This document shows, piece by piece, positions 28,301 through 41,375 of a DNA stretch of 64,000 bases (positions are counted from its first letter, which is position 1; every line of letters begins with the position of its first letter). The DNA is from Nitrospinales bacterium. GTDB lineage: Bacteria; Nitrospinota; Nitrospinia; Nitrospinales; VA-1. Location: the NCBI GenBank assembly GCA_965249625.1, contig OZ252246.1, positions 1,415,085 through 1,479,084 of the forward strand, written 5' to 3'. The notes under the pieces are model-generated. The model saw only the letters and a list, made by a program, of their open reading frames with translations, was not told where the DNA came from and made no database searches. A program made the translations under genes and the position numbers.

Positions 28301-28309
28301 AGGCTTGTA

Positions 28310-28702
28310 TTAAACTTGTTTTCCGCTCCCGGTAACTACCGACCGGCCCTGTTGCTCTCTCCATCTGACTTTGCCAATCACAATCCTCAAAACCTCGTGA
28401 AGCAGCCTCAGTTCCTTGTAGGACAAAACCCTTAACAGACTAATCAGCTTGGCAATTTCCCTTTCAAAGGCCGGGTGTTTTACAGGAGCCTCTTCAAAAT
28501 CAAAAAATGTTCCAAGAGAAACATTTAATTTTTCCGCGAGAAACTCAAGGGTTCTTAACGAGGGGATGCTCACACCGCGTTCCAAGCGGGAAACCGTTTC
28601 CACGCTCACATTGATCTTCTCGGATACCTGAAACTGGGTCAATCTGCGGGAAAGGCGGATTTCGGTAATTCTCGCGCCAATCCTCTTCTCAATATCAGAC
28701 AT
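28310..28702 (-). CDS. XRE-family HTH transcriptional regulator
   Basis: RITEIRLSRRLTQFQVSEKINVSVETVSRLERG. Divergent from the OMP genes. Confidence 0.85.
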   Translation of the reverse strand: MSDIEKRIGARITEIRLSRRLTQFQVSEKINVSVETVSRLERGVSIPSLRTLEFLAEKLNVSLGTFFDFEEAPVKHPAFEREIAKLISLLRVLSYKELRLLHEVLRIVIGKVRWREQQGRSVVTGSGKQV

Positions 28703-28779
28703 GATTTATCACCTCTGTAGAAAGAATAGACAAATCAGTGTCCGTTGGAAGGAATTAATTTATCATTAATAAATTTTAA

Positions 28780-28808
28780 TTGACAAATTAATTATTATTC
28801 TTTATGAT
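28780..28808 (+). promoter_or_regulatory. sigma-70-type promoter of OMP copy 1
   Basis: TTGACA, a 17-nt spacer, then TATGAT. It lies ~95 nt upstream of the ATG. Confidence 0.6.
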
Positions 28809-28902
28809 GAGCCTGCTAGCGTCGAGAGGTAAAAACCAGCGTAAAAGTCGGCATGAGTAGGACTTGAGTAGCTGTAATTTTAAACCGTAAGAGGAGGAAA
28901 AA

Positions 28903-29520
28903 ATGAAGAATGTTATATCTGTTGCTATTTGTGCCTTATTGCTGTTCCCATCGCTCGGTTTCGCTGGGAATAAAGACAATTCTACCTATGTCAGCTTTTC
29001 TGGAATGGTTTCAGTTTTGGAAGATTCCACGCTGGAGGCTGAAAATTTTACTATTTTGGGGGAAACAAAATTAGAATTGGAGTTAGATACCGGCTTTGGG
29101 CTTTCTGTGGCCGCCGGTAAAAAATTCGGTAACGGCTGGCGGGGAGAAGTTGAATACTCCTATAGAAAAAATGATATTGGCGATTTAACGCTGGGCAATC
29201 TGATCATTCCCATCCTCAACGAAGAAACTAATATCCACACTATTATGGCTAATGGCGTTTACGACATTACAAACAACAGCATGTTCACGCCCTATCTGGG
29301 TGTGGGTGTGGGCGTTGGATGGGAAGAAGAAGCTGAGGGCGCAGAGTTTGCTTATCAACTTTTGGCCGGAATAAATTATGAAGTCGCGCCTAAAGCCGAT
29401 TTAATTTTTGGTTACCGTTACACGGGCGTGACCGACTTGGATTATGAGGGTGCTGGCTTAAAATATACCGCAACCGCCGATTCTCATAATTTTGAACTCG
29501 GGTTCAGGCATTCATTTTAA
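28903..29520 (+). CDS. small outer-membrane beta-barrel protein (copy 1)
   Basis: Signal peptide, alternating hydrophobic beta-strand pattern, and a terminal ...FELGFRHSF ending in an aromatic residue. Confidence 0.8.
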   Translation: MKNVISVAICALLLFPSLGFAGNKDNSTYVSFSGMVSVLEDSTLEAENFTILGETKLELELDTGFGLSVAAGKKFGNGWRGEVEYSYRKNDIGDLTLGNLIIPILNEETNIHTIMANGVYDITNNSMFTPYLGVGVGVGWEEEAEGAEFAYQLLAGINYEVAPKADLIFGYRYTGVTDLDYEGAGLKYTATADSHNFELGFRHSF

Positions 29521-29527
29521 AGACAGG

Positions 29528-29605
29528 CCAAAGGCGGGCGGTGGCAGTCCCTTCTGGTGCTCTGTTTTCTGGTGTTTCTCCTCCAGGTCGCCCGCTTTGG
29601 TTTTT
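29528..29605 (+). terminator. putative terminator-like stem (large loop) plus T-run
   Basis: ccaaaggcgggcg ... cgcccgctttgg followed by ttttt. The identical element follows copy 2. Confidence 0.4.
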
Positions 29606-29664
29606 GTGGAGAGTACGATTAGCGTACTTTCTAACCCCCTCTTCTGGTCATGACCCAATATTAT

Positions 29665-29693
29665 TTGATAAATTAGTTCTTATTCTTCATAAT
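29665..29693 (+). promoter_or_regulatory. sigma-70-type promoter of OMP copy 2
   Basis: TTGATA, a 17-nt spacer, then CATAAT, at the position homologous to copy 1. Confidence 0.5.
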
Positions 29694-29793
29694 GAACCTG
29701 CTCGCGTTGAGAGATAAAAACCAGCATAAAAGTCTTGGAGGGCATGAATAGGACTTGAGTAGCTGTAATTTTAAGCCGTAAGAGGAGGAAAAA

Positions 29794-30393
29794 ATGAAGA
29801 ATGTTATATCTGTTGCAGTTTGTGCCTTGTTGCTGTTCCCATCGCTCGGTTTCGCTGGGAATAAAGACAATTCTACCTATGTCAGCTTCTCGGGAATGGT
29901 TTCGGTTGCGGAAGATTCCACGCTCAAAGTTGGTGGCATCAAATTAGATATGGAGTTAGATACCGGCTTTGGGCTTTCCGTGGCCGCCGGTAAAAAATTC
30001 GGTAACGGCTGGCGGGGAGAAGTTGAATACTCCTATAGAAAAAATGATATTGACAATCTAACGGTGGGGAGTCTGATCTTTCCCATCTACGATGAAGAAA
30101 CTAATATCCACATTTTTATGTCTAATCTGGTTTACGATATACAAAACAACAGCATGTTCACGCCCTATCTGGGTGTGGGCGTGGGCGTTGGGTGGGAAGG
30201 AGAAGCTGAGGGCGCAGAGTTTGCTTATCAACTTTTGGCCGGCATAAGTTACGAAGTGTTCAGCCGCAACGAATTGATCTTTGGCTACCGCTACACGGGC
30301 ATGACCGATCTGGATTATAAGGGGGCTGGCTTAGAATATACTGCCACTGCGGGTACCCACAACTTTGAACTCGGATTCAGGCATTCGTTTTAA
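29794..30393 (+). CDS. small outer-membrane beta-barrel protein (copy 2)
   Basis: Paralogue of 28903-29520 with the same signal peptide and C-terminus. Confidence 0.8.
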   Translation: MKNVISVAVCALLLFPSLGFAGNKDNSTYVSFSGMVSVAEDSTLKVGGIKLDMELDTGFGLSVAAGKKFGNGWRGEVEYSYRKNDIDNLTVGSLIFPIYDEETNIHIFMSNLVYDIQNNSMFTPYLGVGVGVGWEGEAEGAEFAYQLLAGISYEVFSRNELIFGYRYTGMTDLDYKGAGLEYTATAGTHNFELGFRHSF

Positions 30394-30403
30394 AGGCAGC
30401 AGA

Positions 30404-30480
30404 CCAAGGCGGGCGGTGGCAGTCCCTTCTGGTGCTCTGTTTTCTGGTGTTTCTCCTCCAGGTCGCCCGCTTTGGTTTTT
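30404..30480 (+). terminator. putative terminator-like stem plus T-run (copy 2)
   Basis: Same sequence as 29528-29605. Confidence 0.4.
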
Positions 30481-30489
30481 TTCGTGAAA

Positions 30490-30600
30490 CAGTCTGGGAG
30501 AGATTCTTCGTCACGTTGTTCCTCAGAATGACAAAATAGCCTTGTTCCCCAGAATGACAAAATGGCCCAGTATTGCCATGCTGAACGATTGTATTGTCAC
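30490..30600. repeat. hairpin-repeat modules
   Basis: gagattcttcgtcacgttgttcctcagaatgacaaa and degenerate copies. Confidence 0.6.
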
Positions 30601-30877
30601 TCTGAACATTGAAAAAAAACCGTCTAAACGGTCAAAAAGAACTACAATGAACATCCATCCTGATTCAGCGCAAAACAAATCTCAAAACTCATTGCGCCAG
30701 AATCCAGCGTTTATCAACCTTTTCCTGAACTAAACACCCTCCGCAGACAACCTTCTGTAAGCTTTTTCTGTAAGCTTTTTGAAATACCCACGACTCATTT
30801 ACAGTTATCTAACTAGTATGAATTTGTTATCACGTTAAACCAACATTGAATGAGCACACATTGCGAGGATACTTGTC

Positions 30878-32026
30878 ATGAATAAACTCTATGCGGTCTT
30901 TTTAATATTTTTAAGTTATTTTCTTCTCGTAACTTTTTCACCAAAAAATGTTAATAGCGCTTCAAAGCAATCTACAATTCCCACAAAGGTATCTGAAAAT
31001 TCCGGGAAAACCGAGATGGCTATTTTTGCAGGAGGTTGTTTCTGGTGCATGGAGCATCCCTATGAAGACCTGCCGGGAATTTCAAAGGTCATTTCCGGAT
31101 ATACCGGCGGGAAAAAGAAAAATCCCACCTACAAACAAGTCGCCTCAGGTTCCACTTCCCATGTTGAAGCCGTAGAGATCCATTACGATCCGGAAAAAAT
31201 TTCCTACAATGATCTTTTAGAGATTTTCTGGAGGAATATCAACCCAACGGATGCAGGTGGACAATTTGTGGACCGAGGAAAACAATACACAACAGGGATT
31301 TTTTATACGAGCGAACAGCAAAAACAAACTGCGGAACAATCAAAAAAAAGACTGGCGGATGGAAAACGGTTCAGTAAAAAAATCGTCACAAAAATTGTTC
31401 AGGCAGGCCAGTTTTACCCCGCAGAAGAGTACCATCAGGATTTTTTCAAGAAAAATTATATCCGTTACAAAGTATACCGGGCCGGCTCAGGAAGAGATGA
31501 GTTTATAACCCGTGTCTGGGGGGAAGACAAAGAATACAAAATTTCCAAAATGGGATTTGATGAAAAAAAAGCTCCCAGATACACCTTGATTGGCAGCAAA
31601 GCAAGGTCCAAAGCTGACTTGACTAAAATGCAATATAATGTCACCCAGAAAAACGGCACGGAGCCTCCATACAAAAACGAGTACTGGGACAATAAGCGAG
31701 CCGGAATTTATGTAGATATCGTTTCTGGAGAACCCCTGTTCAGTTCTAAAGACAAATTCAAATCCGGCACGGGCTGGCCTTCTTTCACCCGGCCACTGGT
31801 GCAGGAAAACATAGTTCAAGAAAAGGACATCTCCTTTGGCATGGTTCGAGTCGAGTTACGTTCAAAATCTGCGGACTCGCATTTGGGACATTTATTTCAT
31901 GATGGTCCCAAACCGGCAGGATTACGATATTGCATCAACTCGGCGTCCATGAGGTTTATTGCGGTTGAGAAACTGCAAGAAGAAGGTTATGAAGAATTTT
32001 TGCCCTTATTCAGCAGGGGTATTTAA
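30878..32026 (+). CDS. msrAB: secreted bifunctional methionine sulfoxide reductase MsrA/MsrB
   Basis: Signal peptide, GCFWCME (MsrA), GTGWPSF and RYCINSASM (MsrB). Confidence 0.93.
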   Translation: MNKLYAVFLIFLSYFLLVTFSPKNVNSASKQSTIPTKVSENSGKTEMAIFAGGCFWCMEHPYEDLPGISKVISGYTGGKKKNPTYKQVASGSTSHVEAVEIHYDPEKISYNDLLEIFWRNINPTDAGGQFVDRGKQYTTGIFYTSEQQKQTAEQSKKRLADGKRFSKKIVTKIVQAGQFYPAEEYHQDFFKKNYIRYKVYRAGSGRDEFITRVWGEDKEYKISKMGFDEKKAPRYTLIGSKARSKADLTKMQYNVTQKNGTEPPYKNEYWDNKRAGIYVDIVSGEPLFSSKDKFKSGTGWPSFTRPLVQENIVQEKDISFGMVRVELRSKSADSHLGHLFHDGPKPAGLRYCINSASMRFIAVEKLQEEGYEEFLPLFSRGI

Positions 32027-32032
32027 ATGACC

Positions 32033-32438
32033 CCGGATCCTTCGGCTCCCTAAAGGGACGTGCCAGGCCTTCGGCTCCTCAAGGATGACAAACCGACTTT
32101 GCGCTGTCATTCTGAACGCAGTGAAGAATCTCCAAGCCCGTGCAAGGCGAGATTCTTCGTCACGTTGTTCCTCAGAATGACAAACTGACTTTGCGTTGTC
32201 ATTCTGAATGCTTCGGCTTCGCTCAGCACAGGCTCCGTGAAGAATCCCCAAGCCCGTGCAAGGCGAGATTCTTCGTCACGCTGTTCCTCAGAATGACAAA
32301 CCGACTTTGCGTTGTCATTCTGAATGCTTCGGCTTCGCTCAGCACAGGCTCCGTGAAGACGTGATATTTTTCCTTAGCCTTCGTGCCCCGAAGGGGTAAT
32401 CTCGTCTTTCCCCTTTTTTTGACTTGCGCAAAGGTCTC
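32033..32438. repeat. array of modular hairpin repeats ending in a MITE-type terminus
   Basis: Two near-identical ~120-bp super-units (gtgcaaggcgagattcttcgtcacg.tgttcctcagaatgacaaac.gactttgcg.tgtcattctgaa...). The right end is ..ttgcgcaaaggtctc. Confidence 0.8.
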
Positions 32439-32460
32439 TATATTCAGCAAGGGTATTTAA

Positions 32461-32778
32461 ATGACCGTAATGGATTCCAAGGCTTTGCTCTGGCACCTGT
32501 ATATGGTGAGAACCAACCATGGCCAGCTTTATACTGGAATCACCCAGGATGTCACTCGGCGTTTCCTGGAACATCAAGAAGGTGGCAAAAAAACGGCGAA
32601 GTATCTCCGGGGGAAAGGTCCGCTTAAACTGGTGTTTCAGCAAGAAATAGGAAGCCGGTCTTCTGCATTAAAAGCAGAAACCGCGCTCAAAAAACTTCCC
32701 AAGCAGCAAAAAGAAAGCCTGGCAGAAAACTCAGGTAGGTTGATTCTTGATAATCTAAAATCCATCCCGGAAAAATAA
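32461..32778 (+). CDS. GIY-YIG nuclease superfamily protein (UPF0213/YhbQ-like)
   Basis: [31 protein letters not shown]. Confidence 0.85.
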   Translation: MTVMDSKALLWHLYMVRTNHGQLYTGITQDVTRRFLEHQEGGKKTAKYLRGKGPLKLVFQQEIGSRSSALKAETALKKLPKQQKESLAENSGRLILDNLKSIPEK

Positions 32779-32930
32779 ATAAGACTTACTGGATAAGTTT
32801 ATTTTTGAATGCGTAGTTAGTGATTTGCGCATTATTTTTCAAGGTGGTCTTTGCAAAAATTATCTGCCCCACGGGGATTAAATCCAGTAATTCTCGAAGC
32901 TCTTTTGGTTCTATAGATAGGAATTTTGAT

Positions 32931-33023
32931 TTACTCGGTGTTCCACTCTGTCAAGAAATAATAAACCAGTGTGATCGCAATAACGCCTGCCAAACCAACC
33001 GTTACAATACAACTCAAATTCAT
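32931..33023 (-). CDS. possible 30-aa hydrophobic peptide
   Basis: MNLSCIVTVGLAGVIAITLVYYFLTEWNTE with GAGGGG 7 nt upstream of the ATG. No homology recognised. Confidence 0.3.
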   Translation of the reverse strand: MNLSCIVTVGLAGVIAITLVYYFLTEWNTE

Positions 33024-33235
33024 GATAGTCCCCTCTCAGAAAACCTGTTGACGATGTTTATATTTTATTAAATTCTATACTAAAAATGAAAATTTTGCTC
33101 ATAACGGCTGAAGTATTTTATTGGAAAACTGGATAACTATAACGAATAAAGCTCTCTGATTTAAGAAAAAAAATCCAAAAAGCCTACGATGAAATAGTCA
33201 GTCTATATCTTCAGGAAACTTGATAGCAATTGGAT

Positions 33236-34120
33236 TCAATCTAATCCCGCCGCCCGGGCCTGCTGGTCTGCCAGGTAGGAACTCCGCACAAGAGGCCCTG
33301 CTTCCACATGATTCAGGCCTAATGATTCGCCAATCTCCTTATATTCTGCAAAACGGTCAGGGTGAATGAACTCGACGACTTCCATGTGAGCCGGGGAAGG
33401 CCGGAGATATTGTCCGATCGAAAGAATTTGGCAGCCTGCCTCTACAAGATCCTGCATTGCTTGAATCACTTCTTCTCTTTTTTCTCCTAGACCCAGCATA
33501 AGTCCGCTTTTTGCTATAACCCCTTTGGTTTCTGCTGCTATTTTCAAGGTTTTCAGGGACCATTCGTAGCGACATTGAGGACGCGCATGCCTTTGCAAGG
33601 ATTCGACCGTTTCAAGATTGTGGGCCAGCACATCAGGACGAGCTTCGCATACCGGGCGGATGAGATTCGTGTTTCCCTGAAAATCTGGAATCAACGCCTC
33701 AATTTTTATCCTCGGGCACTGACCTCTAATCGCCATGATGGTTTTAATCCACTGCCCTGCCCCACCGTCCGGCAAATCATCGCGATCGACCGAAGTTATG
33801 ACAGCAAATTTTAAATTCAATTGTGAGAGTGACAGAGCGACCTTATCAGGCTCATCAGGGTCAGGACGATTCAGGTGCCCTGTGGGGACATCGCAAAAGC
33901 GACAGGCCCGGGTACAGGTATCTCCCAGAATCATGAAGGTCGGGGTGCCCGCATCCCAGCAGGTGCCAATATTAGGGCACGATGCCGATTCGCAAACCGT
34001 GTTCAATCCACTTTTTTTTAAGAGGGATTTTAACTGAAAAAATTTACGCGTTCCAGGAAGCCGGGTCTTCAACCAGTGAGGCAACCTTTTATGCTGATAT
34101 TTTGTGACTGGGTTGTTCAT
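33236..34120 (-). CDS. lipA: lipoyl synthase
   Basis: CESASCPNIGTCW and CTRACRFCDV cluster motifs. Confidence 0.95.
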   Translation of the reverse strand: MNNPVTKYQHKRLPHWLKTRLPGTRKFFQLKSLLKKSGLNTVCESASCPNIGTCWDAGTPTFMILGDTCTRACRFCDVPTGHLNRPDPDEPDKVALSLSQLNLKFAVITSVDRDDLPDGGAGQWIKTIMAIRGQCPRIKIEALIPDFQGNTNLIRPVCEARPDVLAHNLETVESLQRHARPQCRYEWSLKTLKIAAETKGVIAKSGLMLGLGEKREEVIQAMQDLVEAGCQILSIGQYLRPSPAHMEVVEFIHPDRFAEYKEIGESLGLNHVEAGPLVRSSYLADQQARAAGLD

Positions 34121-34248
34121 TAAAATTAAAAGGGTGAGGGGTAATCCAGAAGTCGGGATGTAGTATAATGTGAGGGCTTATAAAAAGAAACCCTTCGTTT
34201 CTTTATCCATAACTCCAGCCAGTTTTCAAATCATTCAAAAGCAACTCC

Positions 34249-35538
34249 ATGTATTTCAAGACCATTGACAGATATATATTTAAAGAATTATTAAAGATAT
34301 TCCTGATCAGTATTTTTGCCATGACAATGATCCTCTATCTGGATAAATTTCTGTTCATGGCTGAAATGATCGTCAATCGCGGCGTCTCTTTCATGGAAAT
34401 GGTGATGATGATGGTATATATATCTCCTGCTTTTCTTGCCATCACTATTCCCATGGCAGTCCTCATGGCATCTGTAGTCACATTCAACCAATTTTCAGTC
34501 CATAATGAATGGGTGGCTATGAAGTCCTGCAGCTGGAGTTTTGTGGAATTGATGAGACCCGTTCTATTTTTTTCATTGTTCACATATTTTCTGGCCAATA
34601 TCGTGACGTTCTGGGCTCTCCCTTGGGGTAACCAGTCCTACAAAGTCCTGATGTATGACATCATTAGGAACCGGGCTGATATAGACATCCAACCTAACGT
34701 CTTCAACCGGGGCTTTAAAAACCTAATTCTTCTGGTTAAAGAGCGCCATCAAAATTCACAACTCAAAGGTGTGTTCATCGCCGATACCAGTAATAGTGGA
34801 GCTCCGCAAATTATCACCTCTGAACGGGGGGTCATATTTCCCAATCCAAAAACCCTGAAGATTCAACTCAAACTCAATAATGGAACCGTTCATGAATTGA
34901 GCAATGAAAGAGGCGACTACCAGACTTTAAATTTCGACCGCTATGATATCAACCTCAGCCTCCCGGATACAGAAAGACTGGAGAAAGAAGCCCTTGTCGG
35001 GAACAGGGAACTATCGCTCTCAAAAATCAAAGAAAAAATTAAGGATATGAAAAAAAAGGGGCTCCCGACCTCGGGCCCAGAGGTGGAACTGAGTAAAAAA
35101 TTCTCCATTCCCTTCACCTGTCTGCTTTTTGCTTTTCTTGGGGCTCCGCTCGGTATCAAATCAAGCCGCTCAGGTAAATCAGGTAGTTTTGGCATCACCG
35201 TGGCTGTTATCATGGTTTACTATGCAGGACTCATTGTGACCCAGAACCTGGGAAGAGTTGGCGAAATCCACGCCTACACCTCTGTATGGATACCTAATAT
35301 AATCCTGATTTGTGTGGTTATTTATGTGCTCTACAAAATGCAAAAGGATTTACCCTTTAAATTCATAGAGAGCTTCATCGATTTCCTGATAACAATTGTT
35401 GAGTTCTTCAAAAACTTGTTTGGCAAAACCAATAAAGGACCCATCAGAAAAATTAAGGGCACCCGGAAACCCACCCGTCCATCTCTGGAGGGAATAGACC
35501 GGCTACGCAGAGTATCTAATCCAAAGAAGCAGGACTGA
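34249..35538 (+). CDS. LptF/LptG-family LPS export permease (YjgP/YjgQ)
   Basis: MYFKTIDRYIFKELLK.. N-terminus, six TM segments and a central periplasmic domain. Confidence 0.85.
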   Translation: MYFKTIDRYIFKELLKIFLISIFAMTMILYLDKFLFMAEMIVNRGVSFMEMVMMMVYISPAFLAITIPMAVLMASVVTFNQFSVHNEWVAMKSCSWSFVELMRPVLFFSLFTYFLANIVTFWALPWGNQSYKVLMYDIIRNRADIDIQPNVFNRGFKNLILLVKERHQNSQLKGVFIADTSNSGAPQIITSERGVIFPNPKTLKIQLKLNNGTVHELSNERGDYQTLNFDRYDINLSLPDTERLEKEALVGNRELSLSKIKEKIKDMKKKGLPTSGPEVELSKKFSIPFTCLLFAFLGAPLGIKSSRSGKSGSFGITVAVIMVYYAGLIVTQNLGRVGEIHAYTSVWIPNIILICVVIYVLYKMQKDLPFKFIESFIDFLITIVEFFKNLFGKTNKGPIRKIKGTRKPTRPSLEGIDRLRRVSNPKKQD

Positions 35539-35561
35539 ATTCTACTGAAACGGAGAATCAA

Positions 35562-36008
35562 ATGAAAACGGCACGCGATATCATGACCCGGGATGTGGTG
35601 ACGGTGACAAAGGACCAGCCCATCAGCGACCTTTCCAAACTCTTTATCGAAAACCATTTTAATGGCGTTCCCGTTCTCAATGATGCCGGGAAAGTGATCG
35701 GTGTAGTCACCCAGGGAGATTTGATTGAGCAGAATAAAAACCTGCACATCCCCACCGTCATCGCCCTGTTTGATGTCGTCTTGTTTCTGGAGAGTGAAAA
35801 AAAGTTTGAGTCCGACGTAAAAAAATTGACCGGCTCTAAAATCGAAGACATTTATCGCAAAAACCCTGTCACCGTTTCCCTCGATACAGACCTAAGCGAA
35901 ATCACTACGATTATGGCCGAGAAAGATGTCCACACCCTCCCCGTTCTGGACAGCGATAAACTGGTCGGCATCATAGGCAAGAAGGATGTCATCCGCGCCA
36001 TGGCTTAA
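35562..36008 (+). CDS. CBS-pair domain protein
   Basis: ARDIMTRDVVTV... and HTLPVLDSDKLVGIIGKKDVIRA. Confidence 0.85.
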   Translation: MKTARDIMTRDVVTVTKDQPISDLSKLFIENHFNGVPVLNDAGKVIGVVTQGDLIEQNKNLHIPTVIALFDVVLFLESEKKFESDVKKLTGSKIEDIYRKNPVTVSLDTDLSEITTIMAEKDVHTLPVLDSDKLVGIIGKKDVIRAMA

Positions 36009-36271
36009 CCCTCTCCTAATTCCCCAAATGGCACAATTATTTTATCCCCTTTTTAACTCTTTGATTGCTAAATTCTTCAAACACGAATTACCCCAAAAGG
36101 TATTGTAAGTCCGATTTTTACGCTTGATTTATTTGGTAGGCCAAAATAGCATTCATTTGATTGAGCACCGGGGGTAAGCAACGCACCGAAATCTATTTTA
36201 ATAGAAAACAATTAACGCTACGAACAAATGCAAGCACATTAAATAATAAATTTAGTTTCCGGAGGTCTTCA

Positions 36272-39631
<3,360 letters not shown>

Positions 39632-39823
39632 GAACCAACCCTCTCCTTAAGCTCATCACAAGAACTTTCAAATCACACAAATTAGAATTTTTATCATCCC
39701 AGGAATATACAAAACGTGAAAAAAACAGGGCTCTGACTAGAAGAAACGGGAATTCAAATGACCGGGAAGGCTTCAAGCAGTCAGGTTATTGATAACAGGA
39801 AAAAACCGCCTAGCCTTCATGGA

Positions 39824-39996
39824 GAGAGCTTTGCATAACCCGAGATTCTTCATCGCGTACGCTCTTCAGAATGACAAAATAGCTCTTTATTGTCATGCTG
39901 AGCTAGTGATATTTGACCTTTGAATTCTTGCCCCGTAGGGGTATGTCGAAGCATCTCGCTTTTCAGGTTTTTCGACTTATGTTATGCAAAGGTCTC
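39824..39996. mobile_element. MITE-like element (173 bp)
   Basis: TIRs GAGAGCTTTGCATAAC / GAGACCTTTGCATAAC. Flanking 9-mers CTTCATGGA (39815-39823) and CTCCATGGA (39997-40005). Confidence 0.8.
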
Positions 39997-40082
39997 CTCC
40001 ATGGAAGGAGAATAACTCAAAACTCAACCGGCTTCAACCGCTAAGTGGGAAGGAAAAGCTAATTGGTTTGTAAGACGACTGG

Positions 40083-41063
40083 TTACTGAATCTGGTTCAT
40101 TTGGGCAAGAATTTTTCCACGCACTTCGGAGGGAGGATTCTTCTCCAAGGCACCCTCCAGAACTTCAACCGCACGACTGGTTTCACCTTTTTTAGAATAG
40201 GTCAGACCCAACATATATCGGGAGTCATGCGTCTTGTTTCCTCTGGGGTATTTGTTTAAAACTGTCTCAAACTGGAGGATCGCGTCATCATACATCTCTA
40301 GAGCCACATAATTGGCACCAATCCAGAAGGCAATATTATCCCTGAGTTTATTTGGCGGATTGCTCAGAGCCAGGTTCTGGAACAGCAAAATGGACTCGTC
40401 ATAATCTCTGCTTCGATAAGCGTTCAAAGCTTCATTATATTCTGGGGGAGTCTTGACCGGTACCCTGTGCATGCGCTTTTTGCGGACGGGTGCCTGAGCT
40501 CTTTGCATTTTAATTTGAGTAATCTCTTCATTGAGACGGGCCATCTGCGCCTTCAAATCCTCAACTTCCGGTTCCAGAAAATCGGAAGAATCTGTAACCG
40601 AAGAGACGCTACCCTCCAGCCTTTCGCTGACGGCATTGATCTTGGGTTCCAGCGTACTCAAAACCTCTTCCAGTTCCCGAACCTTGCTGATCAAGGCCTC
40701 CTGCTGGCTTTGCAGGCTTTCCACATCGCCTTTCAACTCATCTCTGTCTGTGCGCTGGCCGACACTGGCAAAACCTTCCGGGTCGCCTTCAACAAAACCG
40801 TCCTCGCCTGCGTCTATATCCGAGGGTCCGCTATCCTCAGCAAAAAAGTCATCCTCATCGGAACCTGCTCCTTCACCCCTTCTCTCACGATCCACTGTTC
40901 TTTCATCTTCAAAAGGAAAATCTTCCTCAAAAGCCAAGTCATCTTCATCATCTTCTCCCATCCAGGGAAGATAACTACAACCGGCAGAAGTGAACGAAAA
41001 GAAAAGCACTAAAATTAAGGTGAGGCGGGTAAAAATGCTGGCGGGCGGCATAACGGACTCCAT
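40083..41063 (-). CDS. YbgF/CpoB-like TPR lipoprotein
   Basis: Lipobox FTSAGC, acidic low-complexity region, coiled-coil, and C-terminal YbgF-type TPRs. The upstream part of the ORF is rejected as 5' extension. Confidence 0.7.
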   Translation of the reverse strand: MESVMPPASIFTRLTLILVLFFSFTSAGCSYLPWMGEDDEDDLAFEEDFPFEDERTVDRERRGEGAGSDEDDFFAEDSGPSDIDAGEDGFVEGDPEGFASVGQRTDRDELKGDVESLQSQQEALISKVRELEEVLSTLEPKINAVSERLEGSVSSVTDSSDFLEPEVEDLKAQMARLNEEITQIKMQRAQAPVRKKRMHRVPVKTPPEYNEALNAYRSRDYDESILLFQNLALSNPPNKLRDNIAFWIGANYVALEMYDDAILQFETVLNKYPRGNKTHDSRYMLGLTYSKKGETSRAVEVLEGALEKNPPSEVRGKILAQMNQIQ

Positions 41064-41375
41064 CAAATTCAAAAAAGGATAATACTCCTTAATAATCAAT
41101 GAACTATATGGGGTTGACCCGATAATGTCAACCTCATTTTTGCCAACAGCAAATCCCATATCAACGGAATTGAAAACTTCCGGGGTATCGCTAAAATGCG
41201 ATTGGCAAAGTTCCGGGGACTTTCTAAATCTACTTTTTATTTGCATCTTTAAGAATGTGAGTTCAGGTTCAATCATCGAGGCGAAAATCGGAACAAACTA
41301 TTATTGAAAATCATCAAAAAACGGCCTCTTAGCCAGTCATGAACCTTAATACTTATCGAATTTTAAAGGGTTTCA

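Noticed and set aside
28788-28979. 63-aa and 65-aa minus-strand ORFs (also 29673-29870)
   Set aside because: They run antisense across the promoters, leaders and signal-peptide codons of the duplicated OMP genes. They are conserved only because the cassette is duplicated.
29528-29605. Structured ncRNA downstream of the OMP genes
   Set aside because: Only the outer 12-bp stem is evident. The 48-nt interior shows no convincing pairing, and the identity of the two copies is explained by the recent tandem duplication. I kept it only as a weak terminator call.
32033-32438. Possible CRISPR array
   Set aside because: The repeat units are contiguous, of unequal length and internally palindromic. 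There are no unique spacers of regular size, no leader and no cas genes in the window.
40467-41012. 181-aa and 147-aa plus-strand ORFs
   Set aside because: These are antisense shadows of the YbgF-like gene across its acidic/coiled-coil low-complexity region.
41064-41276. N-terminal 71 codons of the 397-aa ORF
   Set aside because: There is no coding signal here. A Met followed by a typical lipoprotein signal peptide (..FTSAGC) begins at 41063 or 41051, so the upstream part is treated as a spurious extension.
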